NCBI RefSeq assembly: GCF_001194135.2
Contig: NC_068981.1
Coordinates: 21,684,974 to 21,748,973 of the forward strand
Length of the DNA: 64,000 nucleotides
Reading direction: 5' to 3'
From: Octopus bimaculoides
Taxonomy: Eukaryota
The notes under the pieces are model-generated. The model made no database searches. It saw nothing but the letters and a program-made list of their open reading frames with translations, and was not told where the DNA came from. Both the position numbers and the translations under genes were made by a program. The first letter of the stretch is position 1. Each line of letters opens with the position of its first letter. Below, piece by piece: positions 62,350 to 64,000 of the stretch.

Positions 62350-63883
62350 TGTTGTAGTGAAAATGATAAACCCTTTCCCAAGTGACAAAGTAGGAAAGAG
62401 TGTACCGTAAAGTCAGGCATTCAGTCATTATAGGAAGTCAGTAGTAGTAGAGTATTGTACAAGTTTTTGGTTGGAGTCAGTGTCAGTTATGTGATATATA
62501 TGAGTTCAAGTTACCATCAAGGTAGATGTTTCAAAGTCATTGTCTTGCAGAGCTATCAGCAATAGCATGATTGACGAGTCAAAGATAATGAGACACGGAA
62601 TGCCGTCACAACATAATAGTGGTGGCAAGAATATTACAGTGCCGACAATAATATACAAGTGGATGAGGATTCACATTATGACAGTGGTGATGAGAATATA
62701 AATAATTCAAGTGGGCAACATGCAAAAAAATTTTTTTCACAAGAAAATAATTCATGCGGACGACGTTGAAATATTTTTCATGTGGAGAAATTAAAATCCC
62801 AACAGAGGAGTAACAAACATATTTGTTGTATGTATTTTACGAAAAATCCGTAAAATTATGGCAAATTTGTTAGAGGGTTTAGATGAGTTACAAACCAGCT
62901 ACAAGAACAACTCAAAGAACAACAAGAACAACAAATGTTACAGCAACAAATGCTATAACTAAAGAAATTGGTAACAAAACCAGAAAATATGTTTTCGCCA
63001 GACCATGTAACAAATTCAATAAGTGAATTTAAATATGACCCAGAAGAAGGAATCACTTTTGAGGCATTTTACCAAACATCTGAACAGATTTTTGAAAAAG
63101 AATGCCAAGATTGAATGGATGAAATGAAATAAAAATGGAAAGCTGTACTGGGAAGAAGGCAAAATTACAAAGTACAAAATTACAAAGTACAAAATTACAA
63201 AGTACAAAATTACAAAGTACAGAGGAAAGTGATGTATGTAATTAAAAGCAGAAAAGGTACTGAAAAAAAGACACAGAAACCAGTTGAAGAAGAGATTCAT
63301 AGAAAATGAACCAGAGAGATTGGAAGAACCTGTGGAATGGCTGTATGACACATTCCAAGTACCAACAACATTATAGGTGGTTGAACCCACGTGTACAAGT
63401 GGAAGAAAAAGGAAAAACACTAAGTTCCTACAAATAGATATCAAAAAGAAAAAATATTAAGTTGAAAAAAACACACACTTAAAAGAGAGGAGGATTGAAT
63501 AAAGTAAAATAAATTTCTTGCTTCTCAAAGAAAAAAAAAAGATTGAAAGGGGAGATGTTGTAGTGAAAATGGTACACCCTTTCCCACGTGTCAAAGTGGT
63601 ATGACAGGCCACTATGAAGTCAGACAGTCAGTTGTTGTAGGAGGTCAGTAGTAGTAGTGTCATTGTACGAGTTCTCAGGTGGAGTGAGTGTCAGTTAAAT
63701 GATATACACAAGTTCAAGTTACCATCAAGTTAGACGTTTCAAGGTCATTGTCTTGTGGAGCTATCAGCAATAACATACTTGGTGAGTTGATGATAATAAG
63801 AAGCGGAATACTGCCACAACATAACAGTGGTGACAAGAATATTACAGTGCCAACAACAGTTGACGAGGATTCACATTATAACA
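62350..63883 (+). mobile_element. Complete internally deleted Gypsy LTR element (1534 bp)
   Basis: 5' LTR 62350-62683 and 3' LTR 63556-63883 (TGTTG...ACA). PBS TGGTGATGAG at 62685-62694 and PPT GAAAGGGGAGA at 63545-63555. TSD GTAAG/GTTAG. gag remnant DHVTNSISEFKYDPEEGITFEAF. Confidence 0.93.
63161..63220. repeat. 15-bp tandem repeat x4 (AAAATTACAAAGTAC)
   Basis: Directly visible; single copy in the sister element near 8501. Confidence 0.95.
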
Positions 63884-64000
63884 GTTAGAGTATATGAACA
63901 CATTTCAACTTGGCTGCAAATACTAGGGAATGGTTAAATCTATTTTGGCTATTTAATAAACCACAAATGTATAGTGAAACACTCATATGATTATAAACAT

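Overview
This is AT-rich, repeat-saturated eukaryotic draft-assembly DNA with 16 N-gaps (about 6.7 kb). Most gaps sit at microsatellites. The SINE and RTE-LINE families look like those I recall from Octopus genomes (inference, not a database result). I can support no host protein-coding gene, rRNA, functional tRNA or CRISPR array. The ORF track consists mostly of microsatellite and gap read-through, plus transposon remnants. The window is a layered TE graveyard: four tRNA-derived SINE types, RTE LINEs carrying a PHD finger inside the RT region, R4/Dong-type RLE retrotransposons, CR1 and I/Jockey-like LINE relics, Gypsy (Mag-like) LTR elements including one complete 1.5-kb mini-element, Helitrons, hAT, Tc1/mariner elements and MITEs, and Penelope-like ends with hammerhead-like motifs. 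It also holds an unusual number of long inverted repeats. I found no clearly new biological system. The best leads are the PHD-in-RT RTE architecture, the foldback elements, the hammerhead-like motif with a shared non-canonical core, and the mini-LTR element. Coordinates were read by eye; degraded element boundaries are approximate (about +/-30 bp).
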